A stretch of 63,494 nt of DNA, filler included, from Olpidium bornovanus S191 (taxonomy: Eukaryota; Fungi; Olpidiomycota), in NCBI GenBank assembly GCA_017911155.1. It is 29 parts of 29 records of this genome, joined end to end, with 100 filler letters (N's around TTAATTAATTAA, not from the genome) between each part and the next. Parts side by side here need not be neighbours in the genome. Positions count along the whole stretch, not along the records: positions 37,324 to 39,161 come from JAEFCI010004649.1; positions 39,262 to 40,461 come from JAEFCI010009351.1; positions 40,562 to 43,796 come from JAEFCI010011136.1; positions 43,897 to 45,544 come from JAEFCI010001646.1; positions 45,645 to 46,918 come from JAEFCI010002235.1; positions 47,019 to 48,238 come from JAEFCI010012938.1; positions 48,339 to 49,752 come from JAEFCI010011146.1; 22 more parts are not named here. The stretch is one strand, 5' to 3'. A program made the translations under genes and the position numbers. The notes below the pieces were generated by a model that was not told the origin of the DNA, searched no databases, and was given only the letters and a program-made list of their open reading frames with translations. Shown piece by piece: positions 37,427 to 49,040 of the stretch. Position 1 is the stretch's first letter; each line of letters starts with the position of its first letter.

Positions 37427-39160
37427 TTAAGGCCCCGAAACATGCCCCGGCGTCCTCAGCACAACCTGACTATGCGGGATGACCGGCTTGCACACGTTTA
37501 CATCACACCTCGCTCCTGCACACTCGCTCTCGAACCTTAACCCGATTGAAAGTCGCGACTCGCCTTCGAGGTTCAGAATGATTTTTTCGAACGTCCTCCC
37601 GGCGACCGGGGTGCTCCGCGCTTTCCGCCCGGCCCCGTCAGAGTCTGCGACGTCAGGAACAGTAACGGACGGCAGGCTCTTCTGCTCGTAAACCCACTCT
37701 TGAAGCCTGGGAGCTCCCAACAGAAAACGGTCTGCGCAGATGGTCACAAATTCTTCGCCGCCAAACGCGATTCTGGCATTCTTTTGCCAGATGGCCTCAT
37801 AGCCCGAGGATCCCGTGCCTCGATGCTTTCCAAAATATGGATCCCGCGACCCACGGAGGCGAAGGCAAAGGCCGCCTGATCCAGCAAATTTCAGCCGCAA
37901 ACTACCGTGGACAAGCATCCTCATTTTGTCCCAGTATCCCACGGGCGGCGACGGATCCCGAGAAGGTTTGGTGATGGTGTCCATGGCTCTCGACACATCC
38001 TGCAAGCTTGGCAGCGATGCGACGCCAAAACTCGCCTGTACGTCCGAGTAGGCCCTAGCGGTCAGGTCCATGAATACCTTGACGGGAGCCAAGGAACGCT
38101 CGACAACTATCCCAAACGAATCTTCGCCGTTGGGTTCCAGCGACACGCGGACCGGGTAGAGCGATTCCGCCCCGGGCATGGGTTCAGCAAGGATGACCAG
38201 GCCTTTGGCCGAGAAACTGCTTCCGGGATTATCGGGTCCCGGGCATTCCGACGTCAACGTATCCGACTGGCGTCTGAGTGGCGGTACCTTCAGCAAGGGA
38301 AAGGGATGATCCCGCACTTGGACGGTTGCTTCCGCGAGCTCGACCTCGATGTCAGCAGGCAGCAACAAGTCGTACGACTGTGCGACGGAGGACGCACCTC
38401 CGTCAATTTTTGAAATCATCTCGGCTGTTTCCGGCCGTCCGAACCCGGGATGCTTCATCATTACTTTGAGTCCCGTCATCGCGATCCTGAACAGCGGAAC
38501 AGGTCGGATGGGAGTTTTCCTGCCCTCCAGGTTGATCGCGTCCGTGTTATTCACCGCCGCGCACCTGGTGATCCCGAACGTGCTGTACTTCCTGATTTTC
38601 CTCCCGGCGTACGAATTGTCCAGGTCTACCACGCCGGCCACGATGTCCATCCCGTCGTCCGCGTCTTCGTCGGGGTGCTGGGAGACTTGCCGTTGCTGCT
38701 GCGCGGCAATATACTCCGTCACCCTGCGCACCCAGTTCCGACTGTTGAACTCCATCAAGCTCCACCAGGCCGACTCGACGTCGTAGCCCCTATGAACTTT
38801 CCCCGGCTGCGCCGCGTAGGATGTGCCTCCGTGCCGTATTTCCTTGCTGACGGCGATTACCTTCTGATGGAACGCCTGCTCCCGCGCCAGTCTCGCCTTT
38901 TGCTCCTCCAGGCCGACGGCGTACGCACGTGACAGTGCGATTTCGAAGGGATCGTCGTCCAGGCGGAAACTCGCCGTCTGCACAGAGATCGAAAGCGCTG
39001 GAGCAGTTTTCCTTGCTTCTGTTGTCGTTGGTGCATCAGAAACAAACATCTCTTGTTTTAGCAATTTTGTGAGCTTGACAAGGTTGTTCAACGAGTCGAT
39101 CACGTCGGCCAATTTGTAACTGTGAGGCACACGCGACTGCGCTGCCTGGACAATAATCAT
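37427..39160 (-). CDS. FMP27: Bridge-like lipid transfer protein FMP27/Hobbit/BLTP2 (KIAA0100), internal fragment
   Basis: 577-aa open exon with LDDDPFEIAL...GLEEQKARLAREQAF, a SW-type NSRNWVRR segment, YDLLLP...VRDHPFPLL, and KPSRDPSPPVGYWDKMRMLVHG...LRGSRDPY (GFWDK module). Confidence 0.9.
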   Translation of the reverse strand: MIIVQAAQSRVPHSYKLADVIDSLNNLVKLTKLLKQEMFVSDAPTTTEARKTAPALSISVQTASFRLDDDPFEIALSRAYAVGLEEQKARLAREQAFHQKVIAVSKEIRHGGTSYAAQPGKVHRGYDVESAWWSLMEFNSRNWVRRVTEYIAAQQQRQVSQHPDEDADDGMDIVAGVVDLDNSYAGRKIRKYSTFGITRCAAVNNTDAINLEGRKTPIRPVPLFRIAMTGLKVMMKHPGFGRPETAEMISKIDGGASSVAQSYDLLLPADIEVELAEATVQVRDHPFPLLKVPPLRRQSDTLTSECPGPDNPGSSFSAKGLVILAEPMPGAESLYPVRVSLEPNGEDSFGIVVERSLAPVKVFMDLTARAYSDVQASFGVASLPSLQDVSRAMDTITKPSRDPSPPVGYWDKMRMLVHGSLRLKFAGSGGLCLRLRGSRDPYFGKHRGTGSSGYEAIWQKNARIAFGGEEFVTICADRFLLGAPRLQEWVYEQKSLPSVTVPDVADSDGAGRKARSTPVAGRTFEKIILNLEGESRLSIGLRFESECAGARCDVNVCKPVIPHSQVVLRTPGHVSGP

Positions 39161-41160
39161 GNNNNNNNNNNNNNNNNNNNNNNNNNNNNNNNNNNNNNNN
39201 NNNNNTTAATTAATTAANNNNNNNNNNNNNNNNNNNNNNNNNNNNNNNNNNNNNNNNNNNNACGTGCCGACAACCGGGGGTATCTCCAACCGGCTTGTTA
39301 TTGTTGGCTGGAAAAAATTGACGCGCGCGCTGCCTGGAACGCTTCGTGACACTTAATAGAACACCTAGAGCAGGCAATCATGTCGGCGGACGTCGTTCCG
39401 CGGCCGAGAAACGCAAAAAGACCAGGTGCAAAAAAAATAAAAAATGAAAAATAAAAAAATAGCTCGAGAACAGCGACGGGATTCGCCGCCTACTTGCAGC
39501 GGAGGGAGTGGGGGGAAAAAAAGAAAAATCCAAAGCCTACCTCTTTTTGACGCAGCGCAATGTACTTTTTGAACTTCGCCTGGGTTATAAACGGTAAAAC
39601 CTCGTCATTACCTTTCCCCGAAACCCCGTAGACGCGACGCTTGGAAAAAACGAAAAAAGAAGACTCAGACGTCTTTCCGTACCGGCACAGCCGGGTGCGT
39701 GCTCAACATTTGGAGAGTGTCCTCCGTTCTGTCCGCAACCCTCCTCGCGTCAGAGAACCTGACCACACGCGGGTGCAGTCTTTTCGGCAGAATATGCCAA
39801 CGAGTGCGGAAACCTACGAAGGAAGGGTCTCCGGAGCTGGAGCCTCCGGCATCGGATACTGCACACCAAGCGACCGCAGGACTTAAATTGGCCGTCATGG
39901 ACTCGACGATTGCGTGTGTTCAATGTCGCGAGGGAAATGCAAAGAAGCAACGGGGATCGGCTGGGTGGGGCAAGGGGAAGGGGGGGGGGGGGGGGGGGGG
40001 GAAGAACGACGGCCCTCTGATCTCTCGCACGTACGGACCTGGTGATGCAAAATTGAATCCTCCGGGACTTGAAAACTGACGGCGCAGGTGAATATCGTCT
40101 TTCCGCTGCGGAAAAATCCCCCGGGTTACCCGTCGGCAGAAACGTGTCGCCCGCGCGCGATGCGGGGAGACGCCTCCTCCCGCGCCAGACTAGCCGGTTC
40201 ACGTACCGTTGACGAGCGAGAACGTTCCTCGTGCAAAAGGAGCGACCGTCGCGGATGCAGTTGACGACGTACACTATGGGGATGGAACTGGCGTGACGTC
40301 GGACGCGCTGAATTTGACGCGCGACTGGGCCATTTTTTGGGTACTCTGCGAATAGGAAAACGTCGGGGAAGTTCCGAACCTGTCTCCGGCAAGAATGAAG
40401 TAACTGTGGAGCGACTGGATCGCGGGGGGGGGGGAGGGGGGGGGGGGGGGGGGGGGGGGAANNNNNNNNNNNNNNNNNNNNNNNNNNNNNNNNNNNNNNN
40501 NNNNNTTAATTAATTAANNNNNNNNNNNNNNNNNNNNNNNNNNNNNNNNNNNNNNNNNNNNAACGCGCGCGCGCGGGGAGCTCTGGGGTGCTCTCGAAAA
40601 ACAATTTTACATTTCGGCTTCCTTTTTCTTTAAACCCCTCTCCCTCCCACTCTCCCCCCCCCCCCCCCCCCCCGGCCCCCCCCCCCCCCCCTCCTTCCCT
40701 CCCACCGCTCTCGCGCGCGTCAAGGTAACGTGTGACCCTCACCCCCCCAACCTCCATCCCGGAGGGGCGCCACCTCCCCGCGCACGTATGGTGCCGGGAA
40801 CACCCGCGGGGGAGGGGAGGCGGCGCCGCCTCCGCTTCTTGCCAGTGCTGACCAGGGGCGTAAAGCTTCTCCGGCTTTCCTTCCTTTCTTCAGGCCCCCG
40901 CCTCTTCGTTTTTTGTTTGCGGAGGGAAACGGAGCGCGGGGACGAGGAGGAGGAGGAGGAGGAGGAGGAGCCGCGGAAAAGGAAAAGGCGTGCTCCTCCC
41001 TCCCCCCACGTCCGGCGGAAGCTCCCGCGTTTCCTTGCGCCAGGGCCGAAATCTGTGACGAACCAGCGCGACCTTGCTTGAGACCACTACCGCGTAACAA
41101 GAAAAAACCCGGGTCTGTTCGTTTCCTTCCCTTCCCGCAAACTGCCCGCGTACGAACACC

Positions 41161-43796
41161 ATGACCGTTAGCAGCTTTGCTACCGACCGCCCGGTTGCCT
41201 CCGGGCCGTCCGGAGGAGGTCAGTATTTCGGAGGACCACCGTCGTCTGCCCCTCCGCCCGGGATCCCGGTCCCGACCTCCGCGCTTCCGCCCGTAGTCCA
41301 ACAACACGCCGCGGCCGCGCCGACTCTTGGCCCGGCCGGCCTGGCGCACCCTCTGCCGCTGCCCCCGCCGCCGCTCCAGCCGCAAGCCCATCACAGGCCG
41401 CCTCTGGTCCATGCCGGCCCGCCGCCGCTTCCCGCTCGTCCCGGGGGAGGAGGAGGAGGTGCAGCTGGTGGTGGAGCGGGGGGCGGGATACCCGTCGCCC
41501 CAGGCCAGCGCGGTTTTTCGCCGGCGCGACCGTTTCCCAACGGGCCTTTTGCCCCCGGACAGCGGCGGCCGCTGCCGCCCCAGACACCTCCTTCCCGCGG
41601 CCCGGGGATGTTTGCCGCCGCCGGCCCGGGCCCCAGGATGCCGCTCCCCATCCCGCGACCGCCCCCTCCCCCGCCACCGCCCCCGATGCCGTCTCGGCCG
41701 ATGCTCCACCCGCTGGCGCCTCAACCGCATTTCGAAGCGCGTCCGCCGACCGGACCGGCATTTCCCCGCCCCGAGGTGCACAAGCCGGTGAGACCTCCGT
41801 TCCGAAACATGTCTCTCGTCAACCAAACACGTCCGCCGGTGGTGGTCACCGGACCGTTCCGGCCGCACCCGCAGCAGCCGGTGCCGTTGCATTACCCGGC
41901 GCAGCAACCTCCCCACATGCAGGTGGCTCCTACCGCCCCTCCCCCGCCGCCCCCGGTACCGCAGCAGTACAATCCAAGCGGCATTTATCCCGGCATGACG
42001 GCACCTACGCGCGTGATGGCGGCCGTGCAGCAGACCCTGTACAGCCCGATGCCGCCGATGGTCCATCAGCCCGTGGGCCCCGCCCTGTCCCTTCAGTACG
42101 GCACCGCGGCCCTCGTCCAGCCGATCGCCGCGAGCGCCGTCCAGCCTATTGCCTCGTATGTCGCCGCCCCCGCACCCACCGTCACTCCCGGCGTCGTGTC
42201 TGCCGCTCCTGTCTCGGCCGCCGAGATTTCCGCTCTGCCGACGACCGGCGCGCCGAACAAGTTCAACAACGACGGTTCCTTCTTGGCACAGTTCCTGGCT
42301 GAGCAGGAGAGCGCCACCAGGAAGGAAAAGGAGAGCGCCTCCGCTGCGACCGCTAAGAAAAAGGACAATTCTGCCAAGGCGGGCAGACCCGGTGACAAAA
42401 AAACGGCCGGAAAGAAGGAGGAACCTGCCGCGCAGTCGTCGGCGTCGACGACCCTCGCCGGCAAGTCCTTGATCTCGAAAAAATCTCTCGCGTCCCAGCA
42501 GACCGGCTTCAAGAAGGTCTCCGCCTTCTCCGCCGCAGCCGGCGCGTTCGGCAAGGCGAAACGCACGTTGTCCGACGCGAAGGATGAGTTCGGCGAAGAG
42601 GACGCCTTCTCCAGCAAGAAAATAAAGAGCGAGGTCAGCGCCGATGAAGTGGATCCGGAGATCAAGCAGATCATCGAAAAGAGCGCCCAGTTTGTAAGCC
42701 GCCATGGAGAAACGTTCCTGGAAACATTACGGGAGAAGAACAAAGGCAATAAAAAGTTCAAGTATGTGCGGGATGCGTGATGGTCGCTAGGGGATCTCCG
42801 AGCTCCTTTTTTTTTTTTTTTTTTTTTTCCCCCTTCGTCATCCCAGCTTCTTATTCGACGAGAGCGGGACGTCGGCCGACTGCAGGTATTTTAAGAAACT
42901 TCTCGCCGACTACGACGCGGAGATGAATATGCTGGCGAAACAGGAGCTGCAGAAAGATTTGGCCGTGGACGCCGGTTCGCCTGTGAGCCCCGCGCGTACC
43001 GGCGACAACTTGTCCGCGGCGACATCGGCCAAGCCCAGCGGCGTCCACTACCGCCCGCCGTTGCCCGAGCCCGTGGAGGCGACAGCTCCGCGGGCGTCGT
43101 TCGGCGTTTCGTTGAGGTCAAAATCAGCTGCGTCAGGTATCACGTTTTCTACCTCCGTCAAGGACGACAGCAAGCCGACGTTCAGTTCGTCGTTTTCCTC
43201 GTCTGATGGCGCCGCGATGACCGGGGAACCCGCCTCGTCGGGCGCCCTTGGCGAAGCCGGCGTCAGGCGTCGATCGCGGTGGGGTCAGACAGACCAGGCG
43301 GCTACACCGGCGGCTACAGCGGCGGCGCCGGCGGCTGCACCAGCGGCTGCGCCATCGGCGGCGACAGCGGCGGCGACAGCGGTTGCGACAGCGGTTGCGA
43401 CAGCGGCTGCGACGAACTCGGACAATGCGGAGGAGCCCACGTCGGCCGCTTCGCCACCGGCGCCGTCGGAGGAGCCGCCGTCGGCGACTGCCGTTACCGC
43501 CGTGCCCGTAACGCCAGCTGCAGTGTCCCGACCCGCCGCCACCACGTCGGGGTGGAAGCCTGTCGTGACGCCCGCCGAGCTGGACCCCCCTGCTAAAGCG
43601 GCGACCCCGAAGTCGACGCCGTCCGCCTCGCGGGGATCCCAACCCCCCGCGCCAGCTGCTTCCGCCCCGTTCCGGAAGCCTGCTCCGCAGTCCCCGGGGG
43701 CCCGCGCTGCTCCTGTCCCGGCTCCTAGAAAGCCGAGCGCAAACAAATCAAACGCCAAATACACCAAATACTCGGACGTGTACCAGCCGGGCATGA
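41161..43796 (+). CDS. SUGP1: SURP-domain splicing factor, SUGP1/SF4-like (3' truncated; G-patch not seen)
   Basis: Pro-rich N-terminus; NKFNNDGSFLAQFL motif; SURP domain IKQIIEKSAQFVSRHGETFLETLREKNKGNKKFK|FLFDESGTSADCRYFKKLL across an intron; RRRSRWG ULM-like motif. Confidence 0.7.
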
Positions 43797-44438
43797 NNNN
43801 NNNNNNNNNNNNNNNNNNNNNNNNNNNNNNNNNNNNNNNNTTAATTAATTAANNNNNNNNNNNNNNNNNNNNNNNNNNNNNNNNNNNNNNNNNNNNATTC
43901 TCGCAATTTGTGGAAAACGAGATTCTCATTACCTTGTACTCATCCTCCGCCTCCTGGACCTCCGCGTCTCGAAACCGCTCCGCAAACACCACTTCGTACT
44001 GGTAGCAGAACTCCATGACAGTGCCGGAATAAAGCGTTTTAGAAAAGAGAAGAGGCAAACTTCCGGCCGAGAAAAAAAAAAAATAACCCTCGGCGAAAAG
44101 GTAATCAGCGAGTCGAGAGAAAATATGAAAAAAAAAAATGCCATGGGTAAAAAGGGGAACTCTGCGTGGAAGAAAAAAGCCGAACGGAGTGGAAGGGCAG
44201 GAGGGGAGAGACTTGCTTGACACACGGACCGGGGAAAGATGATTATAACCTTGGGACGGTTTTTCGACAGAGAAGAGCATCGGCCCCCGTGAGGAGTGGG
44301 GGGTGTGGGGGTGGGAAAAAAAAACGGCGAAAAAAGACACCAAAGTGGAAAAAAAGGATTAAAAATATAAAAGTAAAAAAAGTCCTGCGGCAAAATTTCC
44401 TCTTTACGCTTTCGTCCCCGGGAATTCTTGATCCCAAT

Positions 44439-45544
44439 TTATACACCGCCGCCGCTCCTCTCAGTTAGGAGCTTGTCGTACAGGCGATCGTGGTTTGCGT
44501 CGTTCGCCTCGACGGTCTCGCGGCGGCTCTTGCTCTCCTTGGCAAAGGAGACGACCTCCAGGAACTCGTTGTACTCCACCGTGCCCCGCGCCGGAATGCC
44601 CAGGCCGATGATCGCGCGACGCACGTCGTCGTCGGCGGCCTCGATGCCGAGGAGGGACAGCACCCGCGGCAGGTTCGTCTCGTTGATGGACCCGTCCATG
44701 TTCGCGTCGATCGTCGACCACGCCTGGCGGTAATCCGAAACCTGGAAAGCGCCGTTCGCACCACGAAGTTAAAGCAACATTAGGTGCGCCCGGAAAAAAA
44801 AAATAAATTGCTCGGTCGCAGCACGGCGCGGCCCGATTGAAATAATGCCGAAAAAAAAACCGTCAATGTGACAACCTCCTCTGAGTGGAACGAAGGCCGC
44901 TTGAAATTGGCCGGATCCGCGATTTGCGAGTCGTTCTTGGCAGGGTATTGCAGGAGGTGCTCGGGCGCGGGCAAGCCCATGTACCGGAGAAATTTGGTGG
45001 CCTCGGCCAGTTCCTGCTGTTTTCGCTCCCGGCTCCACTTGTGCTCCTCTGCCATGACGTCTATTACGCGAGGGAGAGCGTCGAGGGCGGCCTGCGCGTT
45101 GAGGAAGGCGAGCCTCGTCCTTCGGGCGATGACGTCCTGCACGAAACGTGACGAGTCGTGCGGCCGTCAGTTTCCAAGTGTGAAACTTGCAGAGCTGCCA
45201 TTCGGCGGCACGCGACTAAGCGCACGTACTACGGCTGTCTCGGCGTACTCTTTCCGGCACGCGTACCGAATTTCGGCCTCAATGTAAGGGTATCCGACGG
45301 CGAGGCGCTTGCCAAAGACCGGCCATCGTTTGCCAGTCTCCTGGGCAAGCGCGGCGACAGCCCACGCGCGATCGCCGTAGCTTTCTGCCAAGTGTTTCGC
45401 GACCTAGTAACGTAGCAGTCAGTAAAACTCGACAAGAACGTGAACTTGCGGACCTGGTTTCCGTTCACCGCCAAATCTGCGGATAAGGAAATAGCACTCG
45501 CCTCAGTCTCAAGGCCGTACTGCTGAATCAGCTTGATGAACATG
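44439..45544 (-). CDS. GUT2: Mitochondrial FAD-dependent glycerol-3-phosphate dehydrogenase, C-terminal exons including an EF-hand extension
   Basis: FIKLIQQYGLETE / HLAESYGDRAWAV...RLAVGYPYIEAEIRYACRKEYAETAV / DVIARRTRLAFLNAQAALDALPRVIDVMAEE / IDANMDGSINETN...GTVEYNEFLEVV...TERSGGGV*. Confidence 0.93.
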
Positions 45545-47704
45545 NNNNNNNNNNNNNNNNNNNNNNNNNNNNNNNNNNNNNNNNNNNNTTAATTAATTAA
45601 NNNNNNNNNNNNNNNNNNNNNNNNNNNNNNNNNNNNNNNNNNNNCCGGACCGGGGCCTCCGTCTGCCCGGCTGATCGCGATCAAAAGGTCTCTCCCGGCA
45701 CACCGCCGAGTTGCCTGCGGCGACCGCGTGAACCGTTTGGCGGGGCAACAAAACGTGGGCGCAAGGCGGCGGCTTAAAACGTTTTTGCGGCGCAGGACCA
45801 CCTCCGGGCGGGGTGAGGCGGGGTGAGGCGAAGGGTGTGGGGGTGGGTGGAGGAGAGACGGGCGGGGGGAAGGGGGAAGAGGGGGGGGGGAAGGGGGGAG
45901 GGGTGGTTGGCGAGTGGGGGCGGAGGGGACGGGGAGGAGTAAGGGGAAAGGGGGGCCGGGGGAGAAAGGTTTGACGCGTTCCCCCGTCGTTTGGCGCCCG
46001 CCAGACGCATCATTTTTTTTTTTGGCGGCGCGGCCCCCCGGCCAATCGCAGACGCTGCCCCCAGCCCCGCCCCCCCCCGCCCCACCCCGCCCCACCCCGC
46101 CCGGTTCTTTGCGGACCCAGCGGCAAACGGCAGCCGGTTTAAAACCGCGACGTTCTCCATGATAAAACAGGCAAGTCAGGAATTTGACCCCGTAGCGTAG
46201 AGGGAGCATATTCGGGAATGATGTGGGGCGCGTGAATACCACAGACCCATTATAAACCCTAAGACGCACACGGGTGAGGGTTCGACTCCCTCTCAAATTA
46301 GCGCCGTTAACTTCTCGCCGCCATTTTTTTTTTCTTTGTGCTTTTTTTTTTGCGGGCGGCGACCTTGCCAATTTCGGGTGTCATCAGAGAAGGAGAATTT
46401 ATTATTGGTTATGTCGTAATTTTATAACAGATCCTGCATGTCGTGGAGATACGTGAAACAATCAAAGCATAATTTTATTATCTACGGAAACAGAGCTCGT
46501 TACACCGTCAAACGCCGTGCAGAGATAGACCGGTTGCGATCCATACTTCAGGTAATTGAAGGTGACCGACCACATGCCTGATCGATAGTCAATAGGGAGT
46601 CGAGCTCGTGACAAGCAATCAAAAGTTAAGTCATCAATTGACGCGCACTGATGTGAAGCACTTCTATGTTCGTGTACAAGTGCAAGACGAGACGATCGCT
46701 TTCCACCCCATCGCCACATCAGCCAATGTTGCTGGCGTCTTTACCGACGAACCTCCGATGCCGAGTTTTACACAGCCCGTTTCTTCCCGTGGCCTTACTT
46801 TAATTCTCCGTGCCCGAATCGGGCACCCTCTCTGTTTCCGTTGCTCTTTTCCCAGTCATCATTTTTGTTCGTTTCCTACGGCGATGACTGGAAATGTTGG
46901 AGTGTACATCAGGGCCAGNNNNNNNNNNNNNNNNNNNNNNNNNNNNNNNNNNNNNNNNNNNNTTAATTAATTAANNNNNNNNNNNNNNNNNNNNNNNNNN
47001 NNNNNNNNNNNNNNNNNNCGGCGACGCAGAAGAGGCAGCGGCGTCTAATACTGAGAGATCACAAGGTCACCAACGACGGCGTCTACATCCAGATTGGTCA
47101 GAACGTCCTGCTGATCGGCCGATGGTAACAAATGACATGTAAATGAAACCAGATGATACGTAAATGATGACACGTCAATGTAAACAAAATGTTTATTACA
47201 AAACATAACAAACAAGACGTAAGCAAATGATGCACGAACACTCTTGCAAACCATGCCAGAGACGGTCCTATGGCGTCATTGGAGAAACGAGGCCTAGCAA
47301 CCAGCTACCGGCATCCGTTGCATTCTCAGGGAGCTGGATCCGGTGGGGGATAAAATTTGTAGACGCTGAGTTGGAATTGAGACCGGTGGGGAAGGGCTGC
47401 GGGTGCGAGGGGCGTTGCAAGTGGCCATAGAGGGCGTAGAAACGACCTTTTATTCAAACGAGCCAAATCCTTGCTGACGCAACTCCCTTCCCCCCCCCCC
47501 TCCTTCGATTCACCTGTTGAGACGGAGAAGGAAAAACAGAGTAGAGGATGCAGAAGAAGAGGCGCGCAGCGAGCGGCAAACGTCTCATTCGGAGGCGTTG
47601 CGGCGTGGTTTTTCGAGACCAGGAAGCGGAAGGGGAAAAGTACGGCAGGCGCGGTGCCAAGGTCACGCGGGTCACGCGCCCTCCTTTCTGAGTGCCCGAC
47701 GCTG

Positions 47705-47874
47705 AACGTTCCAATAAGCCGTTACTTCAGCGCCGCCGGGACGGCCGATTGCTGCGCGTATATACCGGCAATGACCGCCTTTGGCTGGGAACGTTCCAAT
47801 AAGCCGTTACTTCAGCGCCGCCGGGACGGCCGATTGCTGCGCGTATATACCGGCAATGACCGCCTTTGGCTGGG
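47705..47874. repeat. Perfect 85-bp tandem duplication
   Basis: aacgttccaataagccgttac...cgcctttggctggg at 47705-47789 and 47790-47874. Confidence 0.97.
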
Positions 47875-47979
47875 TTCCCCTCGTATCTACTCATCTTGAG
47901 AGGTTCGACCCGTCGGCCATTTCAAACCGAAAATCGGGACGCCGAGTTTTTGCCGAGCCAAAAGAACAGTCACAATTTA

Positions 47980-48195
47980 TCACAGCCTATCTTGATACCA
48001 GGGCGTCTGTAGATAAAATAACCTTGTGGAAAGTGCTTCTACCAGTAACCGTAGTTCTTTCCCTTTCCCTTTCCCTTGCCGTAATTTTTGAGATTCGCGT
48101 TTTTCTTGTTGTTCTTTTTGGCGGCGTTGTTGTAATTTTTTTTGTAAGCCTTGGAATTCTTGTTCGTGTTCTTCTTAGCCTGGTTGTACTTGAAT
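47980..48195 (-). CDS. Possible terminal exon of a Lys/Asn-rich low-complexity protein
   Basis: After a polypyrimidine-CAG acceptor the frame reads FKYNQAKKNTNKNSKAYKKNYNNAAKKNNKKNANLKNYGKGKGKG..., with an AAG/AAC codon periodicity. Confidence 0.4.
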
Positions 48196-49040
48196 CTGCA
48201 GGCAAAAAAAAAATAGAATTAACCGGCGGCTGCACTGANNNNNNNNNNNNNNNNNNNNNNNNNNNNNNNNNNNNNNNNNNNNTTAATTAATTAANNNNNN
48301 NNNNNNNNNNNNNNNNNNNNNNNNNNNNNNNNNNNNNNCACCCCCCCCCCCAACCCCCCCCCCCCCCTTTCCCCCCCCCCCCATTGCCCCCCCCCCCCCC
48401 TCAACCCCCCCCACAACCCCTTCCTCCGGCTGCGGCCGGCGCATAAAGCAACAACAACGAAAACAATATCAAATAAAACAAAAAAAAATAAAATAAAAGA
48501 AAAAGAAAACGTAAGAAAGAAGCGAAACAGCCGCGCGCCGGAAACGAGACGAGATCTCGCGTGCGCAGGCCGGAAACGTAAACGAGTCGGCGCCTGGTGG
48601 ACAGAAGGTATAGAGGGCGGGAGAAACATGGCATAGGAATAAGACGCGTGGGGGTACTGGGGTAACCTTTTACCTCCCCCTCTCTTCAGCCCCTCTCCCG
48701 TTCACTCTGTGTCGGACGCTCCGTAACCCCGACCTCACCTCTTCCCCCTCCCTCCTCGTTCACCGGACGTCTCGCGCCCGCGCCCGCGTCCCGCTCGCTC
48801 CGTCCGCTCATTGTTGGTCTTGCGCCGGTATACAGCGCCGTTACCAGCTTCGTTTCCAAGTGCGGCACCCTTCTTTGCCAGGTTCGTGTGGTGTTCCCTG
48901 CCCGGAACCCCCCCCTCCGGTCAAACACGTCACTGGTTTTGTTCACCCGTAACCTATTTTTCGCGGTGCGGATTTTTGGTTTTGGCTCACCAGTGCCCAA
49001 CACGCCTTTGCACCGTTTAGATCGCTTCAGTGTCTGAACA

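Noticed and set aside
40720-42705. 661-aa minus-strand ORF, plus other long antisense ORFs over FMP27, TM9SF, ThrRS and YDJ1
   Set aside because: Shadow ORFs opposite recognisable GC-rich coding exons.
43933-44016. Short minus-strand exon MEFCYQYEVVFAERFRDAEVQEAEDEYK followed by a GT donor
   Set aside because: Plausibly the first exon of another gene but too short to identify.
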